Assembly: GCA_963514005.1 (NCBI GenBank)
Contig: OY740797.1
Span: forward strand, 23,002,001-23,066,000
Length of the DNA stretch: 64,000 nucleotides
Direction of reading: 5' to 3'
Source of the DNA: Raja brachyura
Taxonomy: Eukaryota
Position 1 is the stretch's first letter. Each line of letters starts with the position of its first letter. Of this stretch, positions 41,201 to 56,200 are shown in pieces. Below the pieces are notes generated by a model. That model saw nothing but the letters and a program-made list of their open reading frames with translations, was not told the DNA's origin and searched no databases. The position numbers and the translations under genes were made by a program.

Positions 41201-44200
41201 AGTCGCAACTACAAGGCATTTAGACAGCCACATGAACACGCAGGGGTTGGAGGGATATAGACTTGGTGCAGGCAGATGGCAACTAGGCAACTCAGTGTAG
41301 CATAGGGATTTTACCCGAGACCCTCCATGCCTAACTTTCTATAGTTCAGTATAACAGCCAGCCATTGAAGGGAGGGTACCTGGAGCGTGAGGCTGACAGT
41401 AATCCTTCAGATCTTCCAGACACTGGCATGATATCTCCACGGCCATTTCCTGTTCTCTGCCCCTGCTCATGACGAGGTGCAGCTTTGGCTCCTTAATGCG
41501 GCGCACTTTGGCGCCAATCGGTTTCAACTTGTCCACCAGCACGGCAATATCCACCACCACTCCCCCATGTTCATACGTGATGGGCGGTGTGTCACTCCAG
41601 CCACCTACAGGTGAATCATAGACCTTAGGCTTCTGAATCGAGTCATGAGGAGAGCAAGGAATAAACAATGATAGAAGGCTTTTGGGACGACTTGAACAGC
41701 AGAATTAAATGTTTATACTGTTGGTTTGTAAACTATCTAAGCGGAACAAGAGGTGTTCCTCCAGTTTATGTGTGCACTCACTCTGCCAATGGATGAGGCC
41801 CAGGACAGAAAGGTCAGTGTGAGAATAGGAAGAGGAATTAAAATGGTTAACAAACAGGAGACTCAGCAGACTTTGGCAGTCTGAGCGCTAGTGTTTGGCG
41901 AAATGGCCATCTATTCTACGCTCGGCCTCACCAATGTACAGGAGGCCACATCAGGAACACCGAATACAGTAGATTAAGTTAGAGGAGTTGTACTCAAACC
42001 TCTCTTACCTGGAAGGACCGCTGGGATCGCTCAATGGATGTGATGAAGGAGGTATAGGTGCAGGTGTTACGTCTGCTAAGGTTACAAGAGTACCGAGGGA
42101 GGGGGTGGTTTAGATAGGAAGGGATGAATGAAGCAAGGAGTTGTGGAGGGAGCAGTTTCTGCAACAAGCAGAAAAGGATATGGATGGGAAGATGTGACTA
42201 GTGGTCGGATCACATTGAATACTTGAGGCACGTTCTAGAGTTCCATTTGTTTATTTCATCAACATCACCTAAAAATGTCCCAAATTCTGAATAAAAGCTA
42301 AAATAAAACCCTACACATAGTGGTAATCTGACATAAAATAATGCTGGAAACACTCAGCAGGTAAGGCAGTACATTATAGATCTATAGAGTTAAACAACAT
42401 AAAACAGGCCCTTCAGCTCAACTTGACCGTACCAACTAAAACGCTTGTCCCATTTGTGTTAGTCCCATTTGCTTAAATTTAGCCCACATCCAGCTAAAAT
42501 TTTCCAATCCACATACCTGTCCAAAGGTTTTGAAATATTATATTTGCACCTGTTTCTACCACTTCCGCTGACTACTTGTCTTGTCTAAAACCTGACACAG
42601 CAAAACTAAATATCATATTTGCAGATGACACCAAAACAGTGAAGGAGGTTGTCACAGGTTACAAGATCTGATGCAACTGGGAAATGGGCAAAGGAAGGGG
42701 AGTCGGAATTCAACTCAGCCATGTATGAAAGGATGCTTTGTGGAAACCATGTGATCTAACTCACATGGTCACATGATTAAAAAACCATCAAAGTGATGGT
42801 TTGAATTAAAACACATTGATCCTCAATGGGATTTACTCTCTCCTTAGTTACCTTCTTGCTCTTAAGGTATTTGTCGAATCTTTTAGAAATCTCCCTTTCC
42901 TTATCTGTCAAATATATCTCAGGTCCCCTTTCCACGCTTCTAATTTCCGTCTTAAACGTACCCCCATAGCCATTATTCTCCTCAACGAACACATTTGATC
43001 CCAGCAGCTTAACATCTGTGTCCTTTTACCCGACTAGAGCCTCAATATCCCTCATCAACAAGAATTCTCCATTCCTGCTGGCCTTGCCCTTCATTCTAAC
43101 AGGAACATACAGGAACTCTTCATATCACACTTAAGAGCCTCCTAGCTGCTGCATGCCTGTGGAAAGAGAAAAGGATTGCATGTTTCAGGTTGAAAAGCAT
43201 AAAGAGGATCTTCTACCTGAAATGCTAGCTTTGTTTCTCTTTCCACGGATACTGCCCGTCCTGCTGAGTGTTTTCTGCATCCACATTATTTGATCCTGTC
43301 ACACTTTGTCGAGAACACTGGATGTACCTGAGATATCGATACGAGCCGGGCATTCGGCGACCACCCAGTGGTTCATGGGAGGAAGCCCCACCTCTCTTAT
43401 TGAGATGAACTCACGCGCTGACATCACAGCCTGTCGGATCAGGATTTGCTCTGCCCCCTCGTAGTGACGGGCAGCCCTCACAAGCCGGTCAGGCCTACAG
43501 GACAGACAGCGTACCAAAGACAGAGGGAGAAACAAAATCAACATTAAGAAATTTGCTGTGAGATCTGACTCGATGCATTCATGTCAATTGGCATTTTCTC
43601 AGATTTTGGTTCGCCAGAATGATACATTAAATAGCATTTGCTGGTTTATTTCAAGAAACTAACAAAACAGTAAGATTCTTTTGTTTGTAGACACAAAATG
43701 TTGGAGATTCTTTCGTTTCCTTGGTTCAAAAACACCAACGCTATTTTCTTTGGGGTAGTTTACAAACCATTGGTTGTTCAGGCAAGTGCAGTTCAACATT
43801 TGTGCACACAAGTTCAGCTCACCTCAGAACCATACCCAATAATTAAAACAATCCTAAACATCCAGTCAGCTGCCTGCCTGTTCTCGGGTACAGTTCCACG
43901 TTGGGCAGCGCACAGGTTTCTTCCTCAAGAACTATTATTTATGTGTGTGATTCCAGACAGCAAGTGCCAGCACACTATTCAAATGCAGTGCCGGAGGCTG
44001 TCCTCAATCACCAAGTGTTCATGGATGCATACATCCACTTCTGTAGCTCCCTCATTTTACAGTCAGGGGTTCAGGCTTGAACTCCTATTCCAAAGATTGA
44101 CGCTCTCTCTCAGGGTGCAGTTGATGGTGCTGATTCAGATAAGATTTTGCACCTAAAGGTTCTTATGATAATTTTTATGTGGACATTTCTTGGTTTATGA

Positions 44201-47200
44201 TTATCCTTCCATCTAGAAAACCAATAAAACCAAGCTATCTGGGCAATGTAACACTGTTCCTTTGAAATTTCCTGCCTCAGGTGCCACATTACATAAAAAC
44301 ATAGAAATTAGGTGCAGGAGTAGGCCATTCGGCCCTTCGAGCCTGCACCGCCATTCAATATGATCATGGCTGATCATCCAATTCAGTATCCCGTACCTGC
44401 CTTCTCTCCATACCCCCCGATCCCCTTAGCCACAAGGGCCACATCTAACTCCCTCTTAAATATAGCCAATCAACTGGCCTCAACTACCCTCTGTGGCAGA
44501 GAGTTCCAGAGACCCACCACTCTCTGTGTGAAAAAAGTCCTTCTCATCTCGGTCCTAAAGGATTTCCCCTAATCCTTAAACTGTGACCCCTTGTCCTGGA
44601 CCTCCCCAACATCGGGAACAATCTTCCTGCATGTAGCCTGTCCAACCCCTTAAGAATTTTGTAAGTTTCTGTAAGATCCCCTCTCAATCTCCTAAATTCT
44701 AGAGAGTATAAACCGAGTCTATCCGAGTCTATTACAATAGTGACTTCACTTCAAAATGTACTTGGCTGCTTGTAAAGTGTTTTAAGATATCTTCAATTTG
44801 GAAATGTAATGCTTTGCACTCCAGAACACGGTCTTACAAAATGAACAGAAATACTGGCTGCTTTAGTGTATTGATCCTGAGGTAAAAGGCACCAAATCTT
44901 GACAGTGCCTTCTGGTACCTGAATCCTGTCCCTCTTACTGGTCTGCAATGAAGAACCAAGGGGGAGATGGATCATGAGCAATGATTTTATTTGATCAGAT
45001 ATGGGATTCAGAGGTCATCAGACATCCTGCAAATCAAAGCTAAAATTTCCATTACCACCACAGGAGGTTTACATGGATATCACGCAAGTGTGCCTGAAAT
45101 TGGAATTGTTTTGCAGGAGAGATATTCTCCACAGAATAAGCCTGGCTGAGGTCCTGCGTCACTGTAATGAACCTTCATAGCCAAACCTTATAAAGGTATG
45201 TTGGAAGGGCAAAAACAAAACCACGGGCAGAGAAGAGCTGGGAAAATGGCTTATCTACTATATTCTCTACTATAAATTTGACATGAACATTTTTCTCACT
45301 GGCTACCAAACTGCAGAGATATCAGAGCCTAATCCTGCCCACGTCCCTACACTGCCAACACCTCTATACTGCAGAGACTTATCCCCATAGCATGCAGCCC
45401 AGAAAGTTCTTGCACTATCAAATCTGATCAGTACCCGCTCAACAAGACCGTCGCCCCAGTTGTGCAGCAGCTTTTGGGCCTGGCAGGAAGCCCCAATCCT
45501 CACCTGTTCAGCCATTTCCCCCGTTCTTCGGTCAGCTTCTCCACTCCCCGCACCACGTTCCCGCTCTCCAGCAGACTGAAGGCCTCAGTCCATGCCCGGT
45601 TAGCAGCGGGCCCACTGCGGAGCCCACCCTGCCTTCCAGCCACGCAACCCAAGACATCCGCCACGCATGCGAGGGCGCGGGCCGCGATCCCCAGGTCCTT
45701 GGTGCTGGCAGCCACTGTGAAGCAAGAGGGCAGTTGGTAGTTTCTTGCACATTAATCTTGTCCATTCCTTGAGTCCAAAGTTGGCCTCAGGTATCAAAAA
45801 AAGGACACTGGGTCACCTTGTTATCGCCAATAAATGAAAGATATCCTGCAGGAACGCATCTTGTCTTATAACACAGGATAAAAATGGGAAAAAGGGGTTG
45901 GCATAAGAGAAAAACAATTTTTTTATGAACACGATTGGTCTGGAATTAGTAGTGGTGGGTTGCCTGCACTCTGGCTCCTCGCATCCATTAACAATGTTGG
46001 TCGGTGGTTAACATAAATATATAACTATATAACAATTACAGCACGGAAAAAGGCCATCTTGGTCCTTCTAGACCGTGCCAAACACCTAGTCCCATCTACC
46101 TACACTCAGACCATAACCTTCCATTCCTTTCCCATCCATATACCTATCAAATTTATTTTTAAATGATAAAATCGAACCTGCCTCCACCACTTCCACTGGA
46201 AGCTCATTTCACACAGCTACCACTCTCTGAGTAAAGAAGTTCCCCCTCATGTTACCCCTAAACTTCTGTCCCTTAATTCTCAAATCATGTCCTCTTGTTT
46301 GAATCTTCCCTACACTCAATGGAAAAAGCTAATCCACGTCAACTCTGTCTATCCCTCTCATCATTTTAAAGACCTCAATCAAGTCCCCCCTTAACCTTCT
46401 GCGCTCCAAAGAATAAAGATCTAACTTGTTCAACCTTTCTCTGTAACTTAGGTGCTGAAACCCAGGCAACATTCTAGTAAATCTCCGCTGTACTCTCTCT
46501 ATTTTGTTGACATCTTTCCTATAATTTGGCGACCAAAATTGTACACCATACTCCAGAATTGGCCTCACCAATGCCTTGTACAATTTTAACATTACATCCC
46601 AACTTCTATACTCAATGCTTTGATTTATAAAGGCCAGCACACCAAAAGCTTTTTTACCACCCTATCCACATGAGATTCCACCTTCAGGAAACTATGCACA
46701 GTTATTCCTAGATCCCTCTGTTCAACTGCATTCCTCAATTCGCTACCATTTACCATGTACGTCCTATTTTGATTTGTCCTGCCAAGATGTAGCACTTTAT
46801 CAGCATTAAACTCCATCTGCCATCTTTCAGCCCACTCTTCCAAATGGCCTAAATCTCTCTGTAGACTTTGAAAATTCACTTCATTATCCACAATACCACC
46901 TATCTTAGTATCATCTGAATACTTACTAATCCAATTTACCATACCATCATCCAGATCATTGATGTATATGACAAACAACAGTGGACCCAACACAGATCCC
47001 TGAGGCACCCCACTAGTCACCGGCTTCCAACCTGACAAACAGCCATCTACCATTACTCTCTGCCATCTCCCATTCATCCACTGTTGAATCCATCTTGCTA
47101 CTCCACCATTAATACCCAACAATTGAATCTTCTTAACCAACCTTCCAAGTGGAACCTTGTCAAAGGTCTTACTGAAGTCCATATAGACAACATACACCAC

Positions 47201-50200
47201 TTTACCCTCATGAATTTCCCTAGTAACCTCTTCAGAAAATTCAAGATTAGTCAAACATGACCTTCCAGGCACAAATCCATGTTAACTGTTCCTAATCAGA
47301 CCCTGTTTATCCAGATGCTTATATATATTATCTCTAAGTATCCTTTCCATTAATTTGCCCACCACTGATGTCAAACTAACAGGTCTATAATTGCTAGGCT
47401 TACTCTTAGAACCCTTTTTAAACAATGGAACAACATGCGCAGTACGGCAATCCTCCGGTACCATTCCCGTTTCTAATGACATTTGAAATATTTCTGTCAT
47501 AGCCCCTGCTATTTCTACACTAACTTTCCTCAATGTCCTAGGGAATATCCTGTCAGGACCTGGAGACTTATCCACTTTTATATTTTTCAAAAGTGTCAGT
47601 GCTTCCTCTTCTTTGATCCTCATAGTTTCCATAGCTACTCTACTTGTTTCCCTTACCTCACATAATGCAATAATTATGATCTGCACAGCTCAATTGGTTT
47701 GTTGCCACCTCAGGTGTGAAAGGTCGAGAGTTGAAATGGAGCAGGTTGGATTCCAGGCCATCAAGCAGCAGAGTGCTGAAGATGCTTTGTACTGCAGGAG
47801 GAGTGATGTAGGTGATGTAGTCATAGAGTCGTACAACACAGAAACAGGTCCTTCGGTCCACCACATACATGCCGACCTTATCGTCCATTTACACTGATCT
47901 CATTTGATACACAGATACATAGAAAATAGGTGCAGGAGTAGGACATTCGGTCCTTCGAGCTAGCACAGCCATTCAATGGGATCATGGCTGATCATCCACA
48001 ATCAGTACTGCGTTCATGCCTTCCCCCCTTATCCCTTGATTCCGCTAGCCCTAAGAACTCTATCTACTGTAACTCTCCTTTGAATGCATCCAGTGGATGG
48101 GGTGGAAGATTGCAACCTTCACATGGTCCGCCCTGTTTCGACGAATGCAATCAACCCGGCGTGCACAATCAACTAAGATCAAATAGAACAAGTTGTCCTA
48201 TAACTTTAGGCTGTGCACGCCATATGCAAGAAGAAGAAGAAGATCCAGTGAATCTGCCTCCATTGCCTTCTGAGGCAGAGAATTCCACAAATTCACACCT
48301 CTCTGGATGAAAAAGTTATTCATCATCTCAGTTCTAAATGGCCTATCCCTTATTCTTAAACTGTGGCCACCTGGTTCTGGTCTCCCCCAACGTCGGGAAC
48401 ATGTTTCCTGCATCTAGCGTCCAATCGCTTAATAATTTTATATGTTTCTATAAGATCCCCTCTCATCCTTCTAAATGCCAGTGAATATGAGCCCAGTCAT
48501 TCCATTCTTTCATCATATTACAATCCCGCCATCCCAGGAATTACCCTCATGAACCTACGCTGCACTCCCTCAATAGCAAGAATGCCTCTTCCTCAAATTA
48601 GACCAAAACTGCACACAATACTCCAGGTGTGGTCTCACCAGGGCCCCGTACAACTGAAAGTATTGAAGAAATTCTATCTTAAGCCCTTGGGCCGGTTACA
48701 TCTTAAGAAAGAGAAGCAGGTAAAGACCATTCAGCCCTATGCCTCTGCTCTGATATTTACCAAGATTACAGATGATCTTTCACTTCAGTGCCATTTTCTT
48801 GTGCCAGCTTCATGTCCCTTGATTCCCTTAATATCTAAGAATCTATTGATCTTTGCTACGTTCCGCTGAAGCTGTGAATTCCCAACATTTGCCACCCTCT
48901 GGGTGAAGAAATTCTTCTGATATCCTGAAATATGTTCCTGATTTGAGACAGGTTAGGAGAAATATTAACTTTGCGTCTACTGATTCAAGCCCTGTAGAAA
49001 TTGTATGCTTCAATTAGATAATCTCTATTCTTCTGAACTCAACAATCTAGGCCAACTCAATTTAATCCCTCCTTGGACAAACCCACCATTCCAGGAATCA
49101 ATTTGGTGAACCTTCATCTCATTTCCACTTTTGGAAGTATGTCCTTCCTCTGGTGGGGAGAACAGATCTGCACCCAGTGTTTCAGATGTAGTTTTGTCAG
49201 ATCCATCAATAATTGGACAAGACACCCTACTCTTGTGCTCAAGGCCTATGGCAATGGACTTGCTGGATGCTGGTGGAACTTCAGTGTAACCTCACCTGGA
49301 AGGTGACGCTCTGGCAGTGTCAGCTCACATCTCCACTGAAGCTCGAGCCTCTAGCTGCTGAGGTGGAGTTGAGGCCAAAAGCTCCCGACTATGAGAAATC
49401 CATAAGCTGTTGGTGAGCTACCCATTGTACAAATCCGTACGAAAGCTGGCCCTCACCTGTGTCGAGGGTGTGGAGTATTTGCTGCTCCTGCCCCTCGCAG
49501 ACGGCTGCTCTGATGAGAGGGCAGAGGCTGTTGTCTTTGCGGGCGTGCAGGATGCTCTGCACTTGGTGCTGGGCCTGGGCGAGGAAGAGCTGCTGCCTCC
49601 AGGCAAGCTCAATTTGCTGGTCCAGACAACTCAGGATCTCCCTCATCGACAGGCGCCAGGCAGACTGCCACTTCCTCAGATACTGTCCGCTCTCGTGCCC
49701 GAGCAGCCACAGCACGTCCTCCATCCCGATGGGCTCGGAAGTGTGCAGGATTGGGAAGAGCTGAGCGTTGAGCAGGTTATTATCCAGATGGCTGGGAGCC
49801 CAGACCTCGTCTTTCCTAAGAAAAACAAGCAGTCAATTAACTCCCAACCTGCACGGCTTTGGGACATGAAAGGACATCGGTGGACCCGGGTGAAACCTAC
49901 GTGTCAAAGGGAGATCGTGCAGACTTCAGATAGCGTCACTCGAGCTATGAACCAACAGTTCTACCAGTTTCAACGCATATTCTCAGTGAAATATGATTTC
50001 TAAGGATTGGTCCTGATTTTGACAAATAGTGGCCTGTGGTTCTATGGTTCAGGATTAAGTAAAAATGCTGTGTTTCTAAAATATTTAAAAAACGCAACTG
50101 CACCCTAATTCTCAGCTTTTGCTTCACTCAGGAGGCCGTGTGCAAATTAGGCGATTGCTCTGTGTAATATGGACTGGTCCTCACTCTGGTTTCTCGCTTC

Positions 50201-53200
50201 CATACCATTGCGGGAACTGTAATGTATTTTGGTACTACACACAGTGCACTAACACACGGAGCACTGAGTGCAGTCACATAACTAATAGGTTATTTCAATG
50301 CTTGAGTTCAATGAGTGAGCTTGAAATCTGTGCTCTCACTCACAATCCCCAACCCATCACGTCCAGCCAGCTAGCAACTGCTGGGTTCAGTCATCCCTTC
50401 CCACCCAAACCCAGGTACTTTCCTTGGTCCCTATACCTCCTCCCTCACCTCCATCCAGGGCCCCCAGCAGTCCTTGCAGGTGAGACAGAGGTTTCCAATG
50501 TGGCTCTCTCTACATCAGTAAGACCAAGAGAGTAAACTAGGTGACCGTTTTGCCACACACTTGCATTTGGTTGCCTAGATGTCTCTATTGCTAATCATTT
50601 TAATTTCCCTTCCCATTGCCATGCTGAATCTTTTGTCCTGGGCCTTCTCCTTTGCCAGAGTGAGGCCACATGCAAGCTGGAGGAACAGCACCTCATATTT
50701 CACCTGGGTAGCTTACAACCCTAGGTGGATAGGTGAATACAGGTGAGAGGGGGTTTGATTAGCAGATGGGATGACCAAGGCTAGAGATGAAAAAGAGACA
50801 TAAAGGTGTTAGATTGCTGGACGGGAGTTGCACAATGGATGGGAGTTCCTAAACTTTACAATCAATCTGGTACCCTTCCTTATCTTGCTGGTTGCCTACT
50901 GCGGAATATAGAAGAATATAGAAGGAAATCCCTGGGGCGGGGGGGGTTAAGACTTGGTGTGCAGGACAAGGTTTTGGTGTGCAGGTCAAGGTTTCCTCAT
51001 ACTTGGACATCGCTGTGGTGGTTTATAGGTCAATAGGCATGGGTCAGAGTAAATGAACCCACAATCTTGGTGACATCTGACAGATCCGCTGCCCTCTTCA
51101 ACAGCAGATTGCATTACTTGTAGGTGGATGGCTTTTAGTAGGTTGGGGAGGGGAGGTTGTGAGTTAACAGGATGCTTTCTTCTCTTCACCAAAGGTGACA
51201 ACCTCCATCTGGTGAGCGGGGTGGGTGGGTGGGTGGTCATTGTCAACGTAAGTGACCAATCTTTATCTGACCCCAGGAGGTAACGCAGAGAAACCATCCT
51301 TACCCAATATCCACTAGATTAGTCATCACACTTGCATTCTGCCTCACCAAACGAGAGTTAAACATTTGGTACAGCAAATTTGGTCAGTCTCTTAACCTAG
51401 CTAGTCCTAGGATTTACATACTCATCGATCCTCAAAGTCTTTAGATGCCTTGAGCAAAACACAAAATGCTGGAGGTCAGGCAGCATCTGTGGAGGGAATG
51501 GAAAGGCAACGTTTCGGGTTGGACTCTTCTTCAGACTGATCAGTTCCAAAATCTATGTCCCTTTTCACTGCCACCTGCAGGATTAAAGATAACACTAAAT
51601 CAGTGCACTGAGCATAGGCAGCCATGGGCAGAGTTGGCTGTTCATCTCCTGGATAGTCAGCAACTGCTTCCAGAACTCTCTCTGGTACTCATTACACTTT
51701 GAGTGAGAAAGGTCCCCTCAGATTCCCTTTAAATTACTTACCCCTTGCATTTTTTCTGCCATTCAATTATAGCTTAGTTGATCTGCATTTGAATCCCAAT
51801 TTAACATAATTGATTCTCCAACTCCTACTATCCTTTTCTAACAAAAAATGATAATTTTCAGTTCTTAATTTTTCTTCTAACCTACAGTCTCTGCAGCTTT
51901 TTGAGAGAGTTCTAGATTTCTTTTACCCGGACAGAGTGGCTGAAGTTGTGTTGTTGACAGTATTTAGGAAGTGGTGAGAGGAACACTTGAATCAATTTGA
52001 CATAGTGATGGACCAAGTGCTGGGTGATGGGTTTAATACAGAAGTGTGCCCCCTGGTTGACTTAGACAAATTGGTCCGAATGGCCTGTTTCCATGCTGTA
52101 TGATTCCAGGATTTTAGATGAAAAAGCTTCCAGACACACTCAACCAGCTGTTCGAATTTAAAGTCTAGGCACTTTGGGCAATACTCCCCTCTGAAAAAAA
52201 AACTTTCAGACTCTCTACTCCACACTTTAGTAAGGTTTGAACTAGCTTTAAAACAGTCAAATAACAGATGATGTGGACACTTTCTCCATTATTAATTAAG
52301 GATGTCATAGAGTTGTACAGCATGGAAACAGACCCTGCGGCTTGGCTTATCCATGAACCCAACAACGTTGATCATATTTGCCCACGTTACGCGTGTACTC
52401 TTCTACGCCTTTCCTATTCGTACTTGAAATGTCTTTTAAACATAATTCTATCCGCCTCCACAACCTCCATTATGTTTGGTATCACCTCATCTTGGCTATC
52501 TTCCAACATGGTACGTTGGTTGCCACAGGGAGATGGATCGAGAGACTATTAAAGACAGAGCTTCACTGATTAATCTGTCAACATCAAATAAATCATAAGC
52601 AGTCTGCAGTCAGTTTTCAAGGTTGACTGCCATATGTGAGTTGTTTGCTCACAAATCCCTGTGAAGATAAACAACAAAAGGATGAGGAAAATAACAGTAT
52701 TTTATTTAAATATGCACAGAAGTATTGTCATAGAGCGCCGCGTGAAAGGGCAATGGCTAAAAATCCAATTGTAACTTTCGAAAAGGAACTGTCTATTTAT
52801 TTATACAGAAACCTTCAAGGCAAGAGCAGGGAAGTGGTTCTAATTGGATCCATCCTCTGGGCAGAAAACCTTCTGCAACATGGCTCTACGATGCTACCAC
52901 TGCGGTGCTACTTATGAAGATGCATGCAAGAAAGGACATGGATTAGCCTTACTTGATTCCCGTCTTTTCAAAGAATTTGGACCATGGAACATTCAGGAAT
53001 GTTGAGCAGCTATTGCTGAAAGGTACCTGTGGAGAGACCATATGATTCTATTGTTGACAATAGTTTGGATCCACCAAAGGAAAGATTGCATCAAACTCAG
53101 AAAAGGCTGGTTTGTACCCAGCTGGTTGGGCTCTTACAAATCCAAAATTGAAAATACAAATAAGAACTGAGATTGATTTTGAGGACAAATATCTCATAAT

Positions 53201-56200
53201 TAACCAAAACCAGCAATCCAGAAGTACTCCAGGAGACTACTTTCCATCCACATCACCTTTACTCTCAGGAACATCCATTTCTGTCATGGATGTATTGAAA
53301 TACCTGCGACAAGAATTTAAGGTGGAAGGCACAAGCCAGAGCGTTCAAATTTATCCCTCCCTGTTTTTTTTATATCCAAGGACAGCAGGAGAAAATCATA
53401 TAGAGGTCGAGCCAACCTGTTCAATGATCCTGTGCACCAGTACCACAGCTCTGTCAAGCCCCCTATTCTTTTGTTCTCCTCAATGGACAAACATTTATCA
53501 GGCTAGGCCGAGAATATTCACAATGTCTGGAAATCCACAGCTGTGGGACTTTCCCTGGAGGCTGTGGGGTGACATTACAGAAGTTGGTAAAATTATGAAG
53601 GGCATAGATAAGGTATATGACCACTGTCTTTTTCACAGAATAGGAAAGTGTAAAACTAGATGGTATAGATACAAAATAAGAGGGGGAAGATTCAGATGGG
53701 AATGATTTAAAGGGAACCCAAGGGGCAAGGTCTTTACAGAGGGTAGTAAGTTTATGGAACGAGCTGCCAGAGGAAGTGGCAGAAGCGGGTATGATTCCAA
53801 TGTTTAAAAAACATGTGGACAGGTTCATGGATGGGAAAGATTCAGAGGGATCTGAGCCAAACATGTGCTGTAAATCTAGATCAGTAAGGCACTTTGGTCA
53901 GCATAGACGGGTTGGGCCAAAGTGTCTGTTTGTGAACTGTACGACACTGTGGCAATGGGAAAATGTAACTTCCACTCTGGCAGTGAGCTTGCTGGAGTGG
54001 GATGTCTCGTGGTACGACCCACTGGTTACACACCTTCACTTACTCCTTTTGCAGAATCACTTTAACGCATTTCTTGCGCAGGATGATAACAGGACAGTGA
54101 AAGTGATGGTGGGCTCCTGCTGACAAACAAGGCATGTAACCATGCAATGAGATTCTTGGATTGATAAGCAGGAATGACCAAGGGAGGAAGAATAGATAGG
54201 GACTGAAAAGCAGAGAGAAATAAAAGATTGGGAAGAGCAACACAGTGGTACAGCTGCTGCCTCACATCTCCAGACACACAGATTTCAATCCTGACCCATT
54301 TGTTAAGTTTACAATCGGGAGAATGATATTGCTCTGAAAACTGAGATTGGGCAACAGACCTGATAAGCTGAATGACCTTTTCTGTCATAAGGAAATATAG
54401 AAAAGTAAGTGAAAGATAAAAGAACCAGGATAACTTAGGATAACGACAGAGGGCTGTGAATATTTGGAGATCTCCAGCTCTGAGGGAGGTCACTGTGTAA
54501 ATTCAAGGCAGGTATCAATAGAGGTAAGGACACCACAGGAAATGAGTGATGTGGTATTAGGAAGGCATGTGGGTGATGTAGAGAATCAGCCATGACATCT
54601 GGGCCTGAGTACCTGTAAAATATTTGAGTTATTATTTTGTATTTTCTTAAAACTTAGACTACGTTGTACCCTCTCTGACCTTCGTTTTCAACATTGAGAG
54701 ACTTGTTAATTATCAGCTCAAAATTTCTGGTGTGAGTTCAGTGGCCAATTGCTGCACAAATCTAAAAAATCATGTTCTTAAAAATAACAAGCAGTTTAAG
54801 GGCGAGGAAAACAGTGGACCAGCGCAAAGCTGCCTGCAGGTCTTGGGAATCTGCAGGCCATGTATCATCTCTTAATCAGCAGCAGTTGCTGCCAACTCAC
54901 CCAGTAATAGCAGCACACGCCACAAACATACCACCACGCTTCCAGCATTGTTAACTGCATTGTGTGTGAGGATAAGCAATCTAATTTTAATGTTAGGGAA
55001 GTGGGATCTGCAAGATATGAGCGCAGGACCAATATTGATTTTGCCTTGCTCTGTTCCCTGAAGGTGCCGTCAGCCCATGATTCATAGCATGGAAGCCTTT
55101 CCACAGCTCCCCGCTTCTGTATTGAGTGATGAGCATCAGCTGACATGAAAGGTCCTTAGGCTGTATACATGCGGTGTCTTGACCACAGCTCAGCTTTCAA
55201 CACCATAGTACCAAATATGCTCACCTCTGAACTCCTGGGCCATGGTTCCCTGCTCTACTACCTGTACACCCATAACTGTTTGGCCAAGTCCAGCGCAACT
55301 TGATCTTTAAGTTTGCCAATGATACCTCTCTTGTAGGCCAGACTAACAATAATGATGAAAATAGAGTACAGGAGAGAGATTGTGTGAAGATGTCAGAACC
55401 ACAACCTGGCCCATAACGTCAGCAAGGGGAAAGAATTGGTTGTTGACCTAAAGAAGCAGAGAGGTGAACAGAACCCTGAACAGATGGTTTTTAGCTTCAA
55501 GTTCCTTGATATCCATATTACCAACAACCTAACTAGGTCCTTTCACACTAATGTGGTGATCAAGTGCACAAACATATTTACTTTTATACGTGTCCGAAAA
55601 GATTTTGAGATTTCTCTTGAATCTATACAGTACTATCAAAAGTATTCTGAATGATCTGAAGAAGGGTCCTGACCTGAAACGTCACCCATCCATGTCCTCC
55701 AGAGATGCTGCCTGACCCATTGAGTCACTCCAGCACTTTGTGTCTTTTTTGTAAAACAGCATCTGCAGTTCCTTGTTTCTAGTCTCCATAGAAAGTATTC
55801 TGAAGGTATGCATCTCTGCCTAGTGGGGCAACTGTTCTGCTCTTGATTTGCCTGAACCTGCATAGAGTGATGAATATAGTCCATAATTCATCAAGGGATT
55901 GTCATTTCTTTCCATCCAGCCTATCGCCATGGTGCATTGAGTCAGGAAGGCTGAAAGTATCGTCAATGTTGCCTGACATATGGCCATTCTCTTTTCTCTC
56001 TTCTACCTTCTGGAGAAGATACAGAAACGGTGTGGAGATATGGGGTAACACCTACAAAACCAACCTACCGCCGTTATGCGCATTACAAAAAAGAGCAATA
56101 AGAATTATCAATAACGTTGGATATCTTGAACATACCAATTTATTATTCTTAAACTCACATTCACTGAAGTTCACCGATCTGGTTAAATTTAAGACTGGAC

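Noticed and set aside
49410-50003. 197-aa plus-strand ORF
   Set aside because: Antisense shadow of the GC-rich 359-nt FCSK exon
53112-53705. 197-aa plus-strand ORF
   Set aside because: No recognisable domain, TTG start, and it runs into a CR1 remnant; likely chance
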